From NCBI GenBank assembly GCA_015067565.1, contig SVMF01000012.1, positions 3,059-67,058 on the forward strand: 64,000 nt of DNA, given 5' to 3'. Positions 17,901-31,400 of the stretch are shown piece after piece. Position 1 is the first letter of the stretch. Every line of letters begins with the position of its first letter. The position numbers were made by a program, and so were the translations under genes. The notes beneath the pieces were generated by a model, which had not been told where the DNA came from, made no database searches, and saw only the letters and a program-made list of their open reading frames with translations. Source of the stretch: Oscillospiraceae bacterium. Its GTDB lineage: Bacteria; Bacillota; Clostridia; Oscillospirales; Oscillospiraceae.

Positions 17901-19188
17901 TTTCGCCTGCGACCATATTGAAATTAACCGTCTTGTTTGCGGCATTATAAGTAATCTTGACGTGGGCGGATGTGCCACCTCTGAAGACCGCGGCGCCTAA
18001 AATATCACCGCCGTAGGTCGGATCGCCATTGACCTCTCTTCGGGCATCGTTAAGATATTCTGCTTGTGCGCGCGCTTCATAGCCTGAGGGATTTAATCCG
18101 TTTCTGCCACTTGTGTCGTCATTGACGAAGGCATAGGCCTGAATGCCAGCTACGACATTGCAACCCTCTTTGGCGATATTTTTACAAAGGGTTGCAGGAA
18201 ACTTTGTGTTGTAGCTATTGCCGTTGAGGAAGAAATAGTCACCAAAGTAGGACATGACGAGAGTATAGTCGATATACGGCGCCATGGCGGCAAAATCCTG
18301 ACCATAGGTTGATCTGCCGGCAAGGTTCATTGCAGGCTCCGGCATGGTTGCGGTGGTGAGGATCAGGCCGCTTTTCAGATTCTGTTTTACAGATTTAATG
18401 AATCCAGTGATCGTTTCCTGACGGAACTGGCGGAACTTCTTCGCAGCAGCACCATCTGCATTGACAAGGTTGGTCAGACTCGCATCATCCGCCGTACCGA
18501 CATCCTTGAAAACGACATAGCCATCTGCATCGGTAGAATAGGTATATCCATGCTGCTTGCACATTGCTTTCGCAACCGTGTTGAAATAGCTTGCGCCCAA
18601 ATACGTTCTCAGATCGGTATTCCAACCGTAATAGTCACCGCCATAGCGGATCGTGTCAAGGTGGATGCCGTCGAGTCCGCTGATGGCCTCAAGCTGATCG
18701 ACCAGGCCGTTGAAATAGGACTTGTAGCTCGAGTTACGCAGATCAACATAACCCTTTCTGTCGACATAGTAAGAGCTGCTGGAAGAATGTGCATTATTCT
18801 TGTATCCAAAACGGAAATGGTAAACTGCATGTTTCGGGTTAGACCTCAGATAGGTATTATCTCGTGAGCACATCATCCACGCATGAACACGCATCGAAGA
18901 CGGTGCATACGAAATAATCTTCTTGATCGTCGAGGTGCTGAAACCGCCATCCTCGCCTTTGACAAGAACATAAACATCAGTTACGCCTCGGTTTGCAAGA
19001 TTGACAATATTCGTCTCGCTGACGGTATAATTGGACGGGTTCAACCAAAAACCATAAATCTTCTGATCCGAACAATTCAGATTGTCATTTGGTACAGGCG
19101 TGACCGCTGAAGCCGTCGCAGGAAACATACCCAGAAGCAATGTAACGAGCATAAATAGAGCAAGGCTTCGCTTTAAATGATGGACCAT
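14932..19188 (-). CDS. Protein B: secreted GHL10/DUF187-like TIM-barrel glycoside hydrolase with Cys/His stalk and conserved tail
   Basis: Signal peptide; GFWL...GVTDVYVLVK...VHAWM...YVD.RN..YK...GLDGIHLDTIRY; ~12 PTCT..G..C..C..ALGH repeats; cap and tail; AAGGAG RBS. Confidence 0.75.
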   Translation of the reverse strand: MVHHLKRSLALFMLVTLLLGMFPATASAVTPVPNDNLNCSDQKIYGFWLNPSNYTVSETNIVNLANRGVTDVYVLVKGEDGGFSTSTIKKIISYAPSSMRVHAWMMCSRDNTYLRSNPKHAVYHFRFGYKNNAHSSSSSYYVDRKGYVDLRNSSYKSYFNGLVDQLEAISGLDGIHLDTIRYGGDYYGWNTDLRTYLGASYFNTVAKAMCKQHGYTYSTDADGYVVFKDVGTADDASLTNLVNADGAAAKKFRQFRQETITGFIKSVKQNLKSGLILTTATMPEPAMNLAGRSTYGQDFAAMAPYIDYTLVMSYFGDYFFLNGNSYNTKFPATLCKNIAKEGCNVVAGIQAYAFVNDDTSGRNGLNPSGYEARAQAEYLNDARREVNGDPTYGGDILGAAVFRGGTSAHVKITYNAANKTVNFNMVAGETRVKSLRIELYSGFVVDKSRCTVSTSNSTYTYNDVTYTYGGTENNGYYTRLNLSVTIEPYKTKSLTIPVCNNTGGAISPNFNNNHFAAFTIYNSTSKSNSTFLAIYQESFVDSTHTKCTFTKTTPQPATCIQPGYHLYTCKVCGYDYDEYIAPLAHNYSAVVTAPTCTEQGFTTYTCQNGCNDSYDQDYVEPLGHTYTSSVTPPSCTDDGYTTTTCSNCGESSKEQIVPALGHRFGTETLLKEPTCTEEGSKGVVCETCGYEESIVIEALGHDYEAVVTDPTCTHEGYTTYTCKNCPDTYTDDPTDALGHSYQETLVLAPTCTEEGTKLFACACGESYIEAIEALGHGETEETIIESTCTEDGLRTITCLVCDEVIKTEAISATGHGETNETVQAATCTEDGLKTFTCIDCEAVIATETIPALGHGETTETLQEATCTEDGFRSVICLVCNEEIEREILEAIGHSYESEVTAATCTEHGFTKHTCRVCFDSYITDEVAATGHDCVYTDNGENHIVKCNHCDYSELRPHEAENFTCIWCNAALCNHSEKTMIVDREATCEESGEQRVYCADCEIFITTEEIPAKGHDGDFYAAVSPSCTQDGNRSYYQCKNCLRYFTDDTYIYDIPESFVVKPALGHKLSYTNNGKEHTVSCANCDYRIAEIHTFEDGKCICGADEAAVHYNKDLMASMSIIVGAEMSVAFSVMNSVVGQYEDFYLVIEKEVFDGDKKQVTYGFADGNEPFTALPATGTPFMFNCAFTGITAKEMGDTISATLYAVAADGTIYYGPTKTDSIKNYLIRGLALDTTTEPQKTMYVDMLTYGSVAQRYFNYNEDNLVVDDLPEEYRDFATNTLPDATDLSNAVGNQKILNTSVVLKARVTLSLNTVLPGANVENMKFVVKDAKTGVIIEEIEATTNGIMVSADFDDVGAKQMRRLISVTLYDGKEAITQTVTWSVESYVAKIRATSTDAGQIDLVNAMLTYGDAVAAYMATQ

Positions 19189-19322
19189 AATGATCTCCTT
19201 TCCGCAAGGCCGTATGCTTTACAGCCATTGCAAAACAATGCACATTTCGTGCGCAGTCTTATGTTTATTCTATAATCTGCAACCCAGAAAGTCAACTAAT
19301 TTCTGGCAATTTCATAATAATA

Positions 19323-19354
19323 AATCAGGATAGCGCCTCTGCCCTATCCTGATT
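19323..19354. terminator. Hairpin after C
   Basis: AATCAGGATAG...CTATCCTGATT, 11-bp stem. Confidence 0.65.
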
Positions 19355-19370
19355 CGATTCATGTATCCTA

Positions 19371-22300
19371 TTACTTTGTACTTTCCATGTAAGCCGCAAC
19401 GGCATCACCATAGGTGAGCATTGCGTTGACGAGGTCAATTTGGCCTGCGTCGGTACTCGTTGCACGAGTCTTTGCAACATAGCTCTCAACGCTCCAGGTC
19501 ACAGTGTCCGTGATGGCAGTGTCGCCGTCGTACAGCGTGACGGTGATGAGTCTTCTCATCTGCTTTGCGCCGACATCGTCAAAGTCTGCTGCAACCATGA
19601 CGGGGTTGAGGTTGTAAGCCGGCAGCTCCTTGATGACCGTGCCATCGAGTGCGTCCTTGACAATGAACTTCATGTTTGCAAGGTTTGCACCGGGCTTCAG
19701 GTGGGACAGCGTCAGGGTGACTCTTGCCTTCAGAACGACGCTGGTATTCAAGGTGCCACGGCCGCCCTCTGCCTTGGAGCCATCGACTGCCTCGGGGATC
19801 ACGGTGGTTGCGTAGGTCAGGTGCTCCTCCGTCAGATCGTCCGCAACCAGATTGTCCGTATCGTAGTCGAAGTAGGTCTGAGCCACTGCGCCGTAGCGAA
19901 GCATATCGACATACATCGTCTTCTTCTCGGAAGTCGAGGTTGCAAGGTCAAGACCTCTGAGCAGATAATCCTTAACAGAGTCAGCCTGCGTCGGGCCGTA
20001 GAAGATATTGCCCTCTGCGTCCACGCAGTACAGGGTTGCTCTGATTTCGTCGCCCATTTCCTTCGCGGTCAGGCCGGTGAAGCTTGCATTGTGAAGGAAC
20101 GGATTTGCTGCATTGGGCATCGAGGTCAGGGCAGTCTGGCCTTCGCCGTAGCCGAAGGTCACGGTCTTGGCCTCTGCGCCAACCGTATCCTTCTCAACGA
20201 CGAGGTAGAAGCTTTCGAACTTGCCAACGAGTGCGTTGGGAACGGTGAAGGCTACGCTCATTTCCGCGCCGACAACAATGCTCATGGTCGGCTTCAGGGT
20301 TGCTACGAATTCCTTGGTGGGTTCGGTAACCTCTTCTGCGCCGCAGATACAGGAGCCGTCAATATAGGTGTGCTCTTCCGTTGCGGAGTCGTCGCAATTT
20401 GCGCAACCGACGGTGTGGTTCTCGCCGTTGTTGGTGTAGGCGTAGCTGTGGCCGGTAGCTGCGATTTCTATCTGTGCAACACTAACCTCTCCGCAGGTTT
20501 TGCAATGCTTACCTTCGGTCCAGCCAGTTTCGGTGCAGGTCGGAGCAACTGCCGCATCGGTGACAGGAGTATGGCCAAGCGCTGCGATCGTCATAAACTC
20601 AATCGGCAACGGATATTCGCCGGCTTTGTCAACAAAGGTCGCTTCACAAAGGGTACAAATGTAGTGTGCATCGGCACCTGTCTCTGTGCAGGTCGGCTCC
20701 ACTCTTGAAACATACTCCGTGATATGAATCAGCTTCTCAATCACTTCATTCTTCGTTTCTCCACAAGCAGTGCAGGTGAAGGTTCTGCTGCCGTCAGCAT
20801 CGCAGGTAGGATCAAGCGTGATCACACCGGTATCGTAGCTATGGCCGATTGCAGGATCGATCTCCCGCTTCACAAGAATCTCGCCACAAGTCTGACAATG
20901 TTTTCCCTCGGTTAGACCGTCTTCGGTACAGGTCGGAGCAACCGCCTTGTCAATTACCTCCTTGTGGCCAAGAGCCTGTTTCTCGTCTGCGGTATAGGTA
21001 TGTTCGCAGACCACACAGGTGAAGGTCGTATAGCCACCACTAATACAATCAGGCTCGGTCACGACAACGTCATAGTTATGACCAAGCGCAGCAATCTCTT
21101 CCTGTGCAAGCAGGATCTGTCCGCAACGCGAGCAATGTTTGCCCTCCGTCAGACCAGTTTCGGTGCAAGTCGGAGCATCGGCCTCGTCAATGACCTCGGA
21201 GTGATTTTTAGTGGCAATCGTTTCTGTCTTCTCGCCGAAGCAATCTGTGCAGGTATAGGTTCTGATGCCTTGTTGCGTGCAGCTGGGCTGTGTGGTAATC
21301 TCACCGGCATTCCATGAATGCTCCTCTGACTTTACATAGCCACAATCACAAGTCACATTGTGTTCGTTTTCGTTGGCATATTCGCGTGCAAAGATGTGAT
21401 CAGACGACGCAAATCTGGCTGTGACAGTCACATCCTCAGTCACGTTTATTGGGGTCTTGTCCCAGTCGGTGAAGACATAATGCTTTTCTTCATCGAATGC
21501 CTTGGTTGGAGTCTTAGTCGGAGAGGGATTCTCACCTCTTTGTACCTTCACCGTCTCTATAACGCTGCCATCATCAGACAGATACGTAACGTTATGATTC
21601 AGGACCTCAGGCTTTGCCTCGCTGCCAAGATAGATATAATCGAGCGTAACCGAGCCGCTACCGGCACTCGTTGCCTTGATATTGCGGAATCGGAAGCCAA
21701 GGGATGTGATGCTGTCAGAGGTGCGGAACTCTTCTGTTAGCGGGATCTTGACGATCTGATACTGTCCATCCAGCTTGAACGTATGCGACATGTTATAGGC
21801 ACCGCGGCCTGCTACGCCCTTGACGGTACGGTCATATATCACGATCAGCTCAGGAGTTAAGCCATCCACAGGAACACAGCCATCGACCTTAAAGCGCAGC
21901 TGCAGATAATCATCCGCCGTCGGCTCATAGCCGAGGGCATGATAGTCTCTGTTGGAGCGATAGATGTAGTATTCGGGGAAGCCTGTCGTGCCGATCCACG
22001 GGCCGTAATAGTTGTTGTCCGTGTTGTATGCCAAGCCTTCGGCAACGGAAACTCTCAAGGTGCCCTGCGCATTGTCGATCGTAAAGTCAGTGCAGGCATC
22101 GGAAGTAGTAGAGGTTTCCATGGTTGCCCAGTTGGCCTTGTTCGGCCGGTCGAAGTTCAGGGAGTTGTATCTTTCGTCTGCATAACGGGCAAGGTCATCA
22201 CTCTTGCCGTCGAAGTCGAAGAACAGTTCGTTCTTTTCCTCCTGCGGAGCGCCATTTTTCGGCCCGATGTAAAGATAGTCGATCGTAACGCAGCCCTGCT

Positions 22301-25300
22301 TTGCTAAGTCAGTCGGCATCACATTGTGGAATGCAGGACGCACACCTGTGATCGTCTTGCAGCTATGGAAGGTCTGATCCGGAAAGCCGGAAATTCCTGC
22401 GCCGGACGCAATGTCTGCCTGAGTATACAGCGGCATCGTGATGGTCATATATTTTCCGTCGGAAACATAATTGCCGCCGAGGACATAGAGATTGTCATAA
22501 GTGCTGATGTTCGTCGTACCGTCATTCTTCGTATACCACAGACGGAAGAAGGCATCTTGGCCGGGAACTGCACGCAGGTTGTCCATCTTGAATCGGATCT
22601 GAACGATCTGTGCATTTCTGGGATCGTAATTCAGCGGAGCATCTCCAAGTGCATAGGTGCGGATGGACAAGCTTCTGCTGATATTCTGGGCCGCCTTGGT
22701 ATAAAGACGGACAGTGCCGGTCAATGGATCGACAAAGCCATCCGTTGCCTCGGTGTTTCCGGTAGTAGCATTGTACTCGAGGAATTGCCAGCGAGAGGTT
22801 GCATCAAAGTTGATCAGAGAATACTGCGCTTCGTCGCGATATCTTCTACGGGAAACTGCATCGTCGTTGAAATCGAACAGAAGCTGCTTGGTCTCGATAT
22901 CGTCGCTTCTGTTCTTGACATGGACGGTGAATCTGCCAACCTCGGTGTTACCGATGGTGTTGGCATAGCGGATGACGACGGGATAGTCACCGGCTACGGA
23001 AGAATTGTAACCGGAGGGGAATTCCAGATAATACGAACCTGCCTTCTTGGTCATATTACCGTCGTAGAAAACCTCACCCGAGCCGCCCGAGCCAAAGGAA
23101 AAGTATACACGAAGGTCTGCAGACAAAAGACCAATCAGATCCTTCTGCGAAATGGCAGACTTTACATAGTAGTCCTTGTGCCCTGTCCATCGCAGGCTCA
23201 TCTTCTCTGCCGTTGCGTTGTACGAATACAGGCGCAGAGAGGTATAATCCAAATACTTACCATAGGTTTCCTTATCGACAGCAGCCGTACCCCAGCCGCT
23301 GTTTCCATCCGGGAAGCAGTAGGGATCACGGAACAAAGGATGGTAGCCGGTCGCTGTATATCTGGCATAGATCAGGAAGGTGTTGTCCTGATACATATCT
23401 AATCGCATCGAGTTATTGGTGGTATTCAGATCCTCCGCAAGCGGTAGCCATGTCTTTAATATGCCCTTATTCAGGTAAGTGTTGCCCTTGCCTACCTCCA
23501 TTTCTCCGGGTTTTGTATTCGTTCCCCAGTAGTCACCGCTCCCCTTACGAATATGCGCATTGATATAGTAGCCCTTGCCGCCGGTCTTGATGATATAGGT
23601 CGTTGCCGTGGTCGGATCTGCATTCATAAGCCAGTTGACGCTTCTGCGCTGGTTTGCGGTGAAGTAGAAGGTATCATTGTGGCTGCTGTAAACCGTCGCG
23701 CGTTCATCACCAACAGCACCGTTGGAGGTATTGTACGACAGCGGTACATTAAGCTTGTGATCCACAATGGCGAAGGTGCCGCTTAAGGTGCTCGGTGCAG
23801 AGATCACACGGTTATATCTGTAATAGGTATCCGAATCGGTCACCGAGGAAGTGCCATCATAATAGTTTTCCTCCTCGATCTCATGGCCTTGGGCAGACCA
23901 GTTTAGCCAGTCCAGCCCCTTGTGTGCACTGCGGTAGAAAATGCCGTTGCTTGCGCAATAGCCTACAGTTTCGGAGTTGCCATAGTAAAGCGTACCGGCA
24001 TAAGGCTTCCATGCGTTGTTATTGTTGTAGAGTGTGCTCCGATTTTTGGTCGCAGACTCCACCTGATTTAGGAAAGATATCTTCGGCGAAATCGCTTTGA
24101 CAAAGTCCTTATGCGGGTCAAATCCATGGTGAGGAATCTGTAAGACATCACATTTCAGATCAGCTGCAGGATACATCTTTAATAAGACGTCCTCAGCCTT
24201 TTCCAGGTCACCCGTCAGAAGGACTTCTTTGCCGTCGAAGGTCACACGAAGAACAGTGGAACCGTTGTTCTCCTCCGTATATTCGCCGACACAGGACGCA
24301 TCGTCGAGAATCAACTCCTTGGAACTGTTGGGAGTATAGCGATCCTCGACAGTATAAAGGACATCGAACTGAACGCCTGCAATGCTGAAGGTCTCACCAG
24401 TGTGCTGCTTGTAATACTTTGCATTCGGGAACGCTGATACCGCACGGCGGATATACTTCTGCGAAGATCCTTCGATGTCAAAATTGTACATGATGTTCTG
24501 CAATTCGACCTGTGCATTATACTTCTGCAGGAAACGCGGGAAGCCGGCGCAATGGTCGATATGCAGATGACTGATGAACCAAGTGTTTATGACGATCTTC
24601 TGCCCCTCAGGCAAACCCGTGATCTGACGCATGAAAGAATAGAGTCGTTCGCAGTCACGGTCTCCAAGCTGGTTATAGTTTCCTCCGTCAACGACAAACA
24701 GCGTGTTGTCGGGCATTCTGATGATGAACATCGAGCCCGCATTGCTCCGGTTTTGGTTCCCCCAGTTGCTATCGTAATCATAACCCTCATCCGAAGCAGA
24801 GAGAGCAAACATATACAGCTCGGTGCGTCTATCGCTCCGGCCGTTGCTCTTGTAGACGAAGCTACGCAGTGTGTCAATATGCGTATCAACAATGATAAAG
24901 GTCTTGCTGTAGGCAGGCACAAAGTAGGTGTACACCGTGTGCGTGCCGTCGGCTGCGAGGTATTTTGCATAGCGGTTGCTGCCGCTCTGCGCTGTAACGG
25001 AACGGGAGAACATCTTGGTATAGCCGTTCGACTCCAGTTTTGCGCAGTAGGAGGTAAACTGTGCAGAGGTCGTACCAGTAACGATCTGCATCTTCGACTG
25101 TGAGCCGGTGTCCCCCATCGCAGTACCTAAGCCACCGTCATAGGTCATCCATGTCGATGCCGTTCCGCCGCTGTGTGTAGGAACAGAAATGGACGATACG
25201 CTTACGGCCGCATCGACACGCACAGGCATCAGCATCGCAGCAAACGTAGCTACGATCACAAAGGCCAGTGAAAAGCATACCCATTGTTTGATCTTTCGCA

Positions 25301-25301
25301 T
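19371..25301 (-). CDS. Protein C: secreted ComEC/Rec2-type metallo-beta-lactamase-fold hydrolase with CBM-like domains, Cys/His stalk and conserved tail
   Basis: Signal peptide from MRKIKQW (25301); VVDGG, SHLHIDH (24552-24569), LLTGD, QIPHHG. Two LFFDF...TIDYLYIG jelly-roll-like domains, one InlB-B-like repeat, ~7 stalk repeats, cap and tail. Confidence 0.8.
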   Translation of the reverse strand: MRKIKQWVCFSLAFVIVATFAAMLMPVRVDAAVSVSSISVPTHSGGTASTWMTYDGGLGTAMGDTGSQSKMQIVTGTTSAQFTSYCAKLESNGYTKMFSRSVTAQSGSNRYAKYLAADGTHTVYTYFVPAYSKTFIIVDTHIDTLRSFVYKSNGRSDRRTELYMFALSASDEGYDYDSNWGNQNRSNAGSMFIIRMPDNTLFVVDGGNYNQLGDRDCERLYSFMRQITGLPEGQKIVINTWFISHLHIDHCAGFPRFLQKYNAQVELQNIMYNFDIEGSSQKYIRRAVSAFPNAKYYKQHTGETFSIAGVQFDVLYTVEDRYTPNSSKELILDDASCVGEYTEENNGSTVLRVTFDGKEVLLTGDLEKAEDVLLKMYPAADLKCDVLQIPHHGFDPHKDFVKAISPKISFLNQVESATKNRSTLYNNNNAWKPYAGTLYYGNSETVGYCASNGIFYRSAHKGLDWLNWSAQGHEIEEENYYDGTSSVTDSDTYYRYNRVISAPSTLSGTFAIVDHKLNVPLSYNTSNGAVGDERATVYSSHNDTFYFTANQRRSVNWLMNADPTTATTYIIKTGGKGYYINAHIRKGSGDYWGTNTKPGEMEVGKGNTYLNKGILKTWLPLAEDLNTTNNSMRLDMYQDNTFLIYARYTATGYHPLFRDPYCFPDGNSGWGTAAVDKETYGKYLDYTSLRLYSYNATAEKMSLRWTGHKDYYVKSAISQKDLIGLLSADLRVYFSFGSGGSGEVFYDGNMTKKAGSYYLEFPSGYNSSVAGDYPVVIRYANTIGNTEVGRFTVHVKNRSDDIETKQLLFDFNDDAVSRRRYRDEAQYSLINFDATSRWQFLEYNATTGNTEATDGFVDPLTGTVRLYTKAAQNISRSLSIRTYALGDAPLNYDPRNAQIVQIRFKMDNLRAVPGQDAFFRLWYTKNDGTTNISTYDNLYVLGGNYVSDGKYMTITMPLYTQADIASGAGISGFPDQTFHSCKTITGVRPAFHNVMPTDLAKQGCVTIDYLYIGPKNGAPQEEKNELFFDFDGKSDDLARYADERYNSLNFDRPNKANWATMETSTTSDACTDFTIDNAQGTLRVSVAEGLAYNTDNNYYGPWIGTTGFPEYYIYRSNRDYHALGYEPTADDYLQLRFKVDGCVPVDGLTPELIVIYDRTVKGVAGRGAYNMSHTFKLDGQYQIVKIPLTEEFRTSDSITSLGFRFRNIKATSAGSGSVTLDYIYLGSEAKPEVLNHNVTYLSDDGSVIETVKVQRGENPSPTKTPTKAFDEEKHYVFTDWDKTPINVTEDVTVTARFASSDHIFAREYANENEHNVTCDCGYVKSEEHSWNAGEITTQPSCTQQGIRTYTCTDCFGEKTETIATKNHSEVIDEADAPTCTETGLTEGKHCSRCGQILLAQEEIAALGHNYDVVVTEPDCISGGYTTFTCVVCEHTYTADEKQALGHKEVIDKAVAPTCTEDGLTEGKHCQTCGEILVKREIDPAIGHSYDTGVITLDPTCDADGSRTFTCTACGETKNEVIEKLIHITEYVSRVEPTCTETGADAHYICTLCEATFVDKAGEYPLPIEFMTIAALGHTPVTDAAVAPTCTETGWTEGKHCKTCGEVSVAQIEIAATGHSYAYTNNGENHTVGCANCDDSATEEHTYIDGSCICGAEEVTEPTKEFVATLKPTMSIVVGAEMSVAFTVPNALVGKFESFYLVVEKDTVGAEAKTVTFGYGEGQTALTSMPNAANPFLHNASFTGLTAKEMGDEIRATLYCVDAEGNIFYGPTQADSVKDYLLRGLDLATSTSEKKTMYVDMLRYGAVAQTYFDYDTDNLVADDLTEEHLTYATTVIPEAVDGSKAEGGRGTLNTSVVLKARVTLTLSHLKPGANLANMKFIVKDALDGTVIKELPAYNLNPVMVAADFDDVGAKQMRRLITVTLYDGDTAITDTVTWSVESYVAKTRATSTDAGQIDLVNAMLTYGDAVAAYMESTK

Positions 25302-25412
25302 AAAAATTCCCCCTGCTTGCATTTCGCTTTATCAGTTTTATACTATCATACGCTCCCCTCTTTTTCAATACTTTTCCATGTTGTATAGCTCTATATTTCA
25401 AGCAACATAAAG

Positions 25413-25444
25413 AACCGGGATAGGTCGAAAGACCTACCCCGGTT
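25413..25444. terminator. Hairpin after D
   Basis: AACCGGGATAGGTC-GAAA-GACCTACCCCGGTT. Confidence 0.7.
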
Positions 25445-25456
25445 TGGGATGAAAAA

Positions 25457-28400
25457 TCACTTGCCGATGCTTGTCATATACGCTGCAACCGCATCGCCGT
25501 AAGTCAGCATTGCGTTGACCAGGTCGACCTGTCCCGGATCCTTACTCGTTGCACGAACACTGGCAACATAGCTCTCAACGCTCCAGGTTGCCGTCTGCGT
25601 CACAGCGGTAGTGCCGTCGTACAAGGTTGCAGTAATGAGTCTTCTCATCTGCTTGGCACCGACATCATCGAAGTCTGCCGTAATCATGACACCATTGGTC
25701 GTTGCAGGAATCTCCTTGATCAGCTGGCCATTGGCCGCATCCCGGATGACAAACTTCATATTCGACACGTTCGCACCGGGGTACACCGTGCTGAGGCTCA
25801 AAACGACTCTTGCCTTCAGGACAACGCTCGTATTTAGGATCTTTCCGGAGCCGGTTGCCTTGGCGTAGTTCGTTGCTGCCGGCAGACTTTGTGTTCCATA
25901 TGCAAGCTGTGCAGTTGTCAGGTCATCGGTAACAAGGTTATCCGTATCGTAGCCAAAGTAAGTTTGGGCAACCGCACCGTACTTGAGCATATCGACATAC
26001 ATGGTCTTCTGTGCTGCGGTGGTCGTCGAGGCGCTCAGGCCATTGATCAGATAATTCTTGATGGAGTTTTTCTCCGTCGGGCCGTAGTAAAGCGTTCCGT
26101 CCGCACCGATTGCATAAAGCGTTGCGCGAATTTCATCGCCCATTTCCTTGGCCGTAATACCGACGAAAGAGCAGTTGTACAGGAACGGTGTGCCTGTGGG
26201 GGGCATCGGGGTAAATGCCTGATGCTCCGCTTCGAAGCCGTAGATGACCTGCTTCTTCTCGCCGCCGACAACATCCTTCTCGACAACAAGATAGAAGTCC
26301 TTATACTGGCCAACGACGGAGTTCATGACGGTGAAACCGGCTGCCATCTCAGCACCTACCGTGATCGCCATGGTCGCCTTGAGGGAATCCTCATAGACCT
26401 GAGAGGCTCCGTCTACGGGAATCAGTGCAAGGTTCTTGATCTGACCCGTCTTGTACCACGCGGCATAGGAGTTTGCCGTGCTTGCATTCACAGAGAGGAA
26501 TCTCTGCTCGGTACCGGATGTAAAGTGGATGTTGTATAGGCCGCTTGTCAGTGCATCGATGGTAAGATTCAGCGCCTTGTCCACCGTCACGAAGGAGCCG
26601 GTATTGCCACTTGTCCAGCCAAGGTACTTGGCATCACCGCTGATGCCTTCAGCATAGATGCGATAAGTCGTTTCACTGCTCTTCTCGATAACAAAGATCT
26701 TGTCGCTTTCCCCTGACGGAATGTAGTTCGGCAGAACCGAAACGCCGGAATCGGCAATATCGTATCGGGTGCCGTCCATTGTGCTGAGAATGTAGTGATA
26801 GTTGGTGTCTGTATTGCGCTTGGCTGCGATATAGTATCTGCCTGTAAGGTCACCGGATTTCTCCTCGGCACCGCAAACGCAGATTCCGTTCGTGTAGCTG
26901 TGGAGCTCCGTAACATTGTGATCACAGCCGTTTGCACATGTCACAGTATGTGTCATGCCATTGTTTGTATAGGTGTAATTATGACCCAATGCAGCAATGA
27001 TGACAAAGTCTTCCGGCAATGAATACTTGCCGTCAGCATCTGCAAAGTAGCTGTTGCACTTCCCGCAGTGCCAATGCTTCTGACAGCCGGGTTCCGTGCA
27101 GGTCGCACTCTTTGCCACAACAGCCGTCAGGCTGTGTCCCGTAGCTGGGATCGCCGTGGTAGAAATCGTCACACCGCATTCACTGCAGACCACCGTGTTG
27201 CTACCGGCCGTTGTGCAGGTCGGCTGAACGGTATTTGTCGTGGTCTTGCTGTGGGTACAAGCAGCCTCAGCCTTCGCTCCACATACACAGTATTCGTCGA
27301 CAAAGGTGCAACTCACGGTTGCGCTGTAGCCGCAGCCACGGTCACACGTGGTTGTGTGCGTACCGTTGCCGTTGTTCTTGTAGGTATAATTATGTCCGAA
27401 TGCTTCGGTATAATTACCCTTGTAGCTATCGCCGCAGCCGTGGCAGGTAAATGTGGTATAGCCCTGCTCAGTGCAGGTAGGCGCCGTCACAACTCGTGTA
27501 TAGAAGTGTCCGAGCGCTGAAAGTGCTTCCGTCTTTGTGCCCGTGCAAGTATAGCAGGTATAGGTCATGGTACCGGCTGACGTGCAGGTCGGTGAAACCG
27601 TGATCTGTCCATCATCCCAGTTATGGCCGAGCGGTGCAATCGCAATGGCCTCGGGAGTGGTCTTCTTCGAGCAAAGCTCATCGGAGAAGTAGCAATCACA
27701 GTCTGCGCAATACCAGTATGCGACATTACCAGCAACCGTGCAAGTTGGCTCCGTTGCGGGATAAGCAAACGGGTCATGGCCGTAGGGATCAAGCTTGGTC
27801 GAAGAGATCGTCTGCTTGCAATCGTCGCAGACAACGGTCTCAGAACCGCCGGTAGTACAGGTCGGTTCCACAATCGTCGTGGAAGTGTTTATATGCAGGC
27901 AGCCGTCATACTTCTTATAGAAGAACATCTTGTAGTTGCCCGTGTCCGTGTTGTTGACGCAGTTGATCAGCGGGGTTCCGTTGTCGGTATTGTCAAGCGT
28001 GTTCCAGTCGGTACGCAGGGACATATAATAAGAGTTGTTATGCTTGACCGCAAAATGTCCCTCGGTCGTGCTGAAGTCGCCCGTCCATGTGCTCGGAGTA
28101 TCATTGCCGAGAATCAGATCGTTTCCGCTGCTGTGACAGAGCGCTGCACCAGAATCGGTCGTCAGCGTAAAGCCGCTCACGCTTCCGGTCAGGTTCCAGA
28201 CGAGGTTCGCCGTATCAGTGCCCTCAATATAGATCTCTGTCGGCAGTTCATCAAAGACCATGCCCTGCGTGCTCATGGCATTATAATTGCTGTCCTGATG
28301 CAGGTTCAAGCCATAGTAGGAATAGTCTCCGCCATAGTCGCCGAGGACATTTTTTGCAATGATAATGTATCTGTCTGTCGACAGCTCCGAAGGAGACATG

Positions 28401-31400
28401 ACAAGCTGGAAGCACTCCAGATCGCCGCCGCTGCAGTACATGCAAGCAAGACCGACAAGCGTGCATTCCTCGGTAACATTGAAGTCACATTGCGTACACG
28501 ATGCGTAATGCCAGCCTTCCTCTACCCACTGATACTGCAGGCTGTGACCGGGAGCAAGCAGCTCCTCTTCGCCAACGATGGCACCGCAGTCTGCGCAGTA
28601 GATCGTCTCATAGCCATTCACCGTACAGGTCGGCTCTGTTACAACGGTCGTGCGGTTTGTGTGCAGACAGGTTGCCTCACCGACAGCGGGAACAAGGACG
28701 ATATCTCTGCGCTGCGAGCTTGCGCTGGTGTACCAAGCAAAATAGTTATTGCCGGTGGTGTTGTTCAGGGACAGATAACGGGGTAGATCGTTTTCAACGA
28801 AATAGATGTTGACGATCTTGTTTCCATCGGTGGCCTCACCAGACAGACCGATTGTCAATTCATATGCGTTGAAGGTATCTGCAAATGCACCGGAGTTTTC
28901 GCTGGCATTTGCATCCGCCTCCCAGGCCAGGCAATTATCGCCCGCAAGGCCCTCGGCAAAGATTCGGTAGGTGCCTGCATCGTTCTTCTCGATGACATAG
29001 ACCTTATTGGAGACCGGAGCAGTAATCACAGCCGGAAGAGTCGACAAACCGGAGTCCTCCGAAGCATAGCGCTTCGTACTTGCACCGACCAGATCAAACG
29101 TCATGTAATGGTAGCTGCTGCCTTCGCTGCTTCGAACCGCAGCAAAGTAATAGCGTCCGGAATAGTCATTCTCCGGCTCGGGATTGCCGCAGCGATAGCA
29201 GGCCAGATTGGAATATACACAGTTCTCCGTGCCTTCCTCATAACCGCAGGTCTGGCAGGAAATCAGGTGCGTGCCGGCACCGTTTGAGGTATAAACGATC
29301 GTATGGCCCGTTGCGGGATAGGTCGTCGAAGAGATCACCGTGCCACAGGTATTACAGGTCGAGCCGGCGAAGCCGCTTTCGATACAGGTCGCAGGAATGT
29401 TGGTCTCACTGACGGAAGTATGCAAGCATTCCTTATAGACATTCATGTAAATATGGCCCGGAGGCGTCGTCGTAACGGCAACACCACCAAACATCGGATG
29501 GCCGTTTGCTCCTGTCGTAGTCGTATCATCTCTGAGCGAGACATAGTACTTGTTTGCACTCAGGTGGAAGCCCTGCTTCGAAGAAGAATAGGCTGCAGAC
29601 CAGGTCGAGCCTGTCGCACTTAGGTTCAGTCTTGCAGCAGTTGCGCTGTTTGCAAGATAGGTACCTGCCGCATTTTGAAGCTTGAACGATGTACGCGTGC
29701 CCGTCATCGTCCACGACAGCTTCGTCGCATCCTTTGCATTGATGACAATGTTCTGCGGAAGCTCGGTATCGTTGAGCTTCTGCGAGGTCATGTAGTAATA
29801 ACCCGGCTCCTGCGCAGTCGTCATCGCATAGAAGGCATTGTTGCTGTTAATCGCCTGCGAAATGAAGATGTAATTGCCGGCCGTAAAGCTGGTGGCATCC
29901 TTCACAAGCGTATAAACCTTCTGCTTATAATCATCGGGATCGCCAACGGGCAAAAGCTCGACATCGTAGTAGGCGCTGGGGTTGTTTACGATATTGCTCG
30001 TTGCATAAGCGCCGAAGGTATTGTAGGTATCAGTACGGTAGGCCAGACTACGGATCGTAGAAGCCGTCAGCGTAGAAGCCGCAGAAATGCGATATGTACC
30101 GTTCGTTCCTGACGTGATGCTCCAATCGCAGGTGGTCGATGCGCTATAGCCAAGATTCGTGCTACTGACATAGCGCAAATAGCCTGTTTCATTCGTGATG
30201 AGATAGTATTCACCGTTTCTGGTGATATTGACAACATAGTCTGCCGCAGCTTCCTCGGTAACACAGCCATTGGCAACGATAATACCCGTGCCGGGGATCT
30301 TCTCAGCAAAGTAATTGCTCATTGCGTAATATGTACCGTTAACGAAGGCTGCAATGACATATCTGCCATCTTCGATAACCGGTGCCGTGGGCGAATCGCC
30401 GCTGCCGGAGCCTGCCTTGACGGGCAGAAGCTCAATGTCGTAGTAACTCGTCGAGCCTGCCGTGACATTGGACAGCGCGTAGCCACCGAACCGAGTCGTC
30501 GACTGCTGGAAAGCAATACCTCTGCTGTTATCCGTCGAGGCGACCGCTCTGTATGTACCGTTGACACCGGAAATGATGGCCCAATGATAGGCCGTCGTCG
30601 ACGAGCCGAGGTTCGTGCTGTCGGAATAAGTCAGGTAGGTTCCGTTTGCACTGATGGTGTGGAAATCACCCGACTTTGAAACCGTAACCTTTGCGCTCAC
30701 AGCGGCATCGGCATCGACATAGCCGTCAGTAACGACGATCGGAGTGCCGGTGATCTTGGCGGCAAAAGTGTTGTCCATGGCATAGTAAGTACCTGCGACA
30801 TTGGCCGCAACAACATACTCACCGTTTGCGATTGATGCCGTGCTGACAACCTGCTGCGTATCTCCACCGGAATCATCTCCACCGCCGTCACCACTACCGC
30901 TGACCGGAAGCAACTCGATGTCATAATACTGATTCGGATACTTGTCAATGTTGCTGACCGCATAACCGCCGAACTGGTTGTATTCACTCGAACGGAACAC
31001 AAGACCTCTGGTCGCATCGGTTGATGCCGTAATGCGGTAAGAGCCGTTCGTGCCGGTCGAGATCGCCCATTCATAGGGTGTCGTTGCGGTGGCAAGATTC
31101 GTACCACTGTTGTATTTCAGGTATTTCGTGCCATTAAAGATGGTAAAATTGCCACCGTAAGCAGCCACTGTCACACCGTAAGTCGCAGCGTCAGCCGCAG
31201 AAACCGCGCCATTCGTCAACGTGATGACCTGACCGAGGATCTTGCTGCTTGTCATTGCGAAGCTGTTCGGCAAAGCATAATAGGTTCCTCCGACATTGGC
31301 CGCAAGAACATATGTGCCGCCCGTAATGCTGCGCGTGGCGGAAGCAGTTTCCTCGTGTGTATGCGAATGAGCTGCATGGCTCTGCAGGGGCATCAGACTG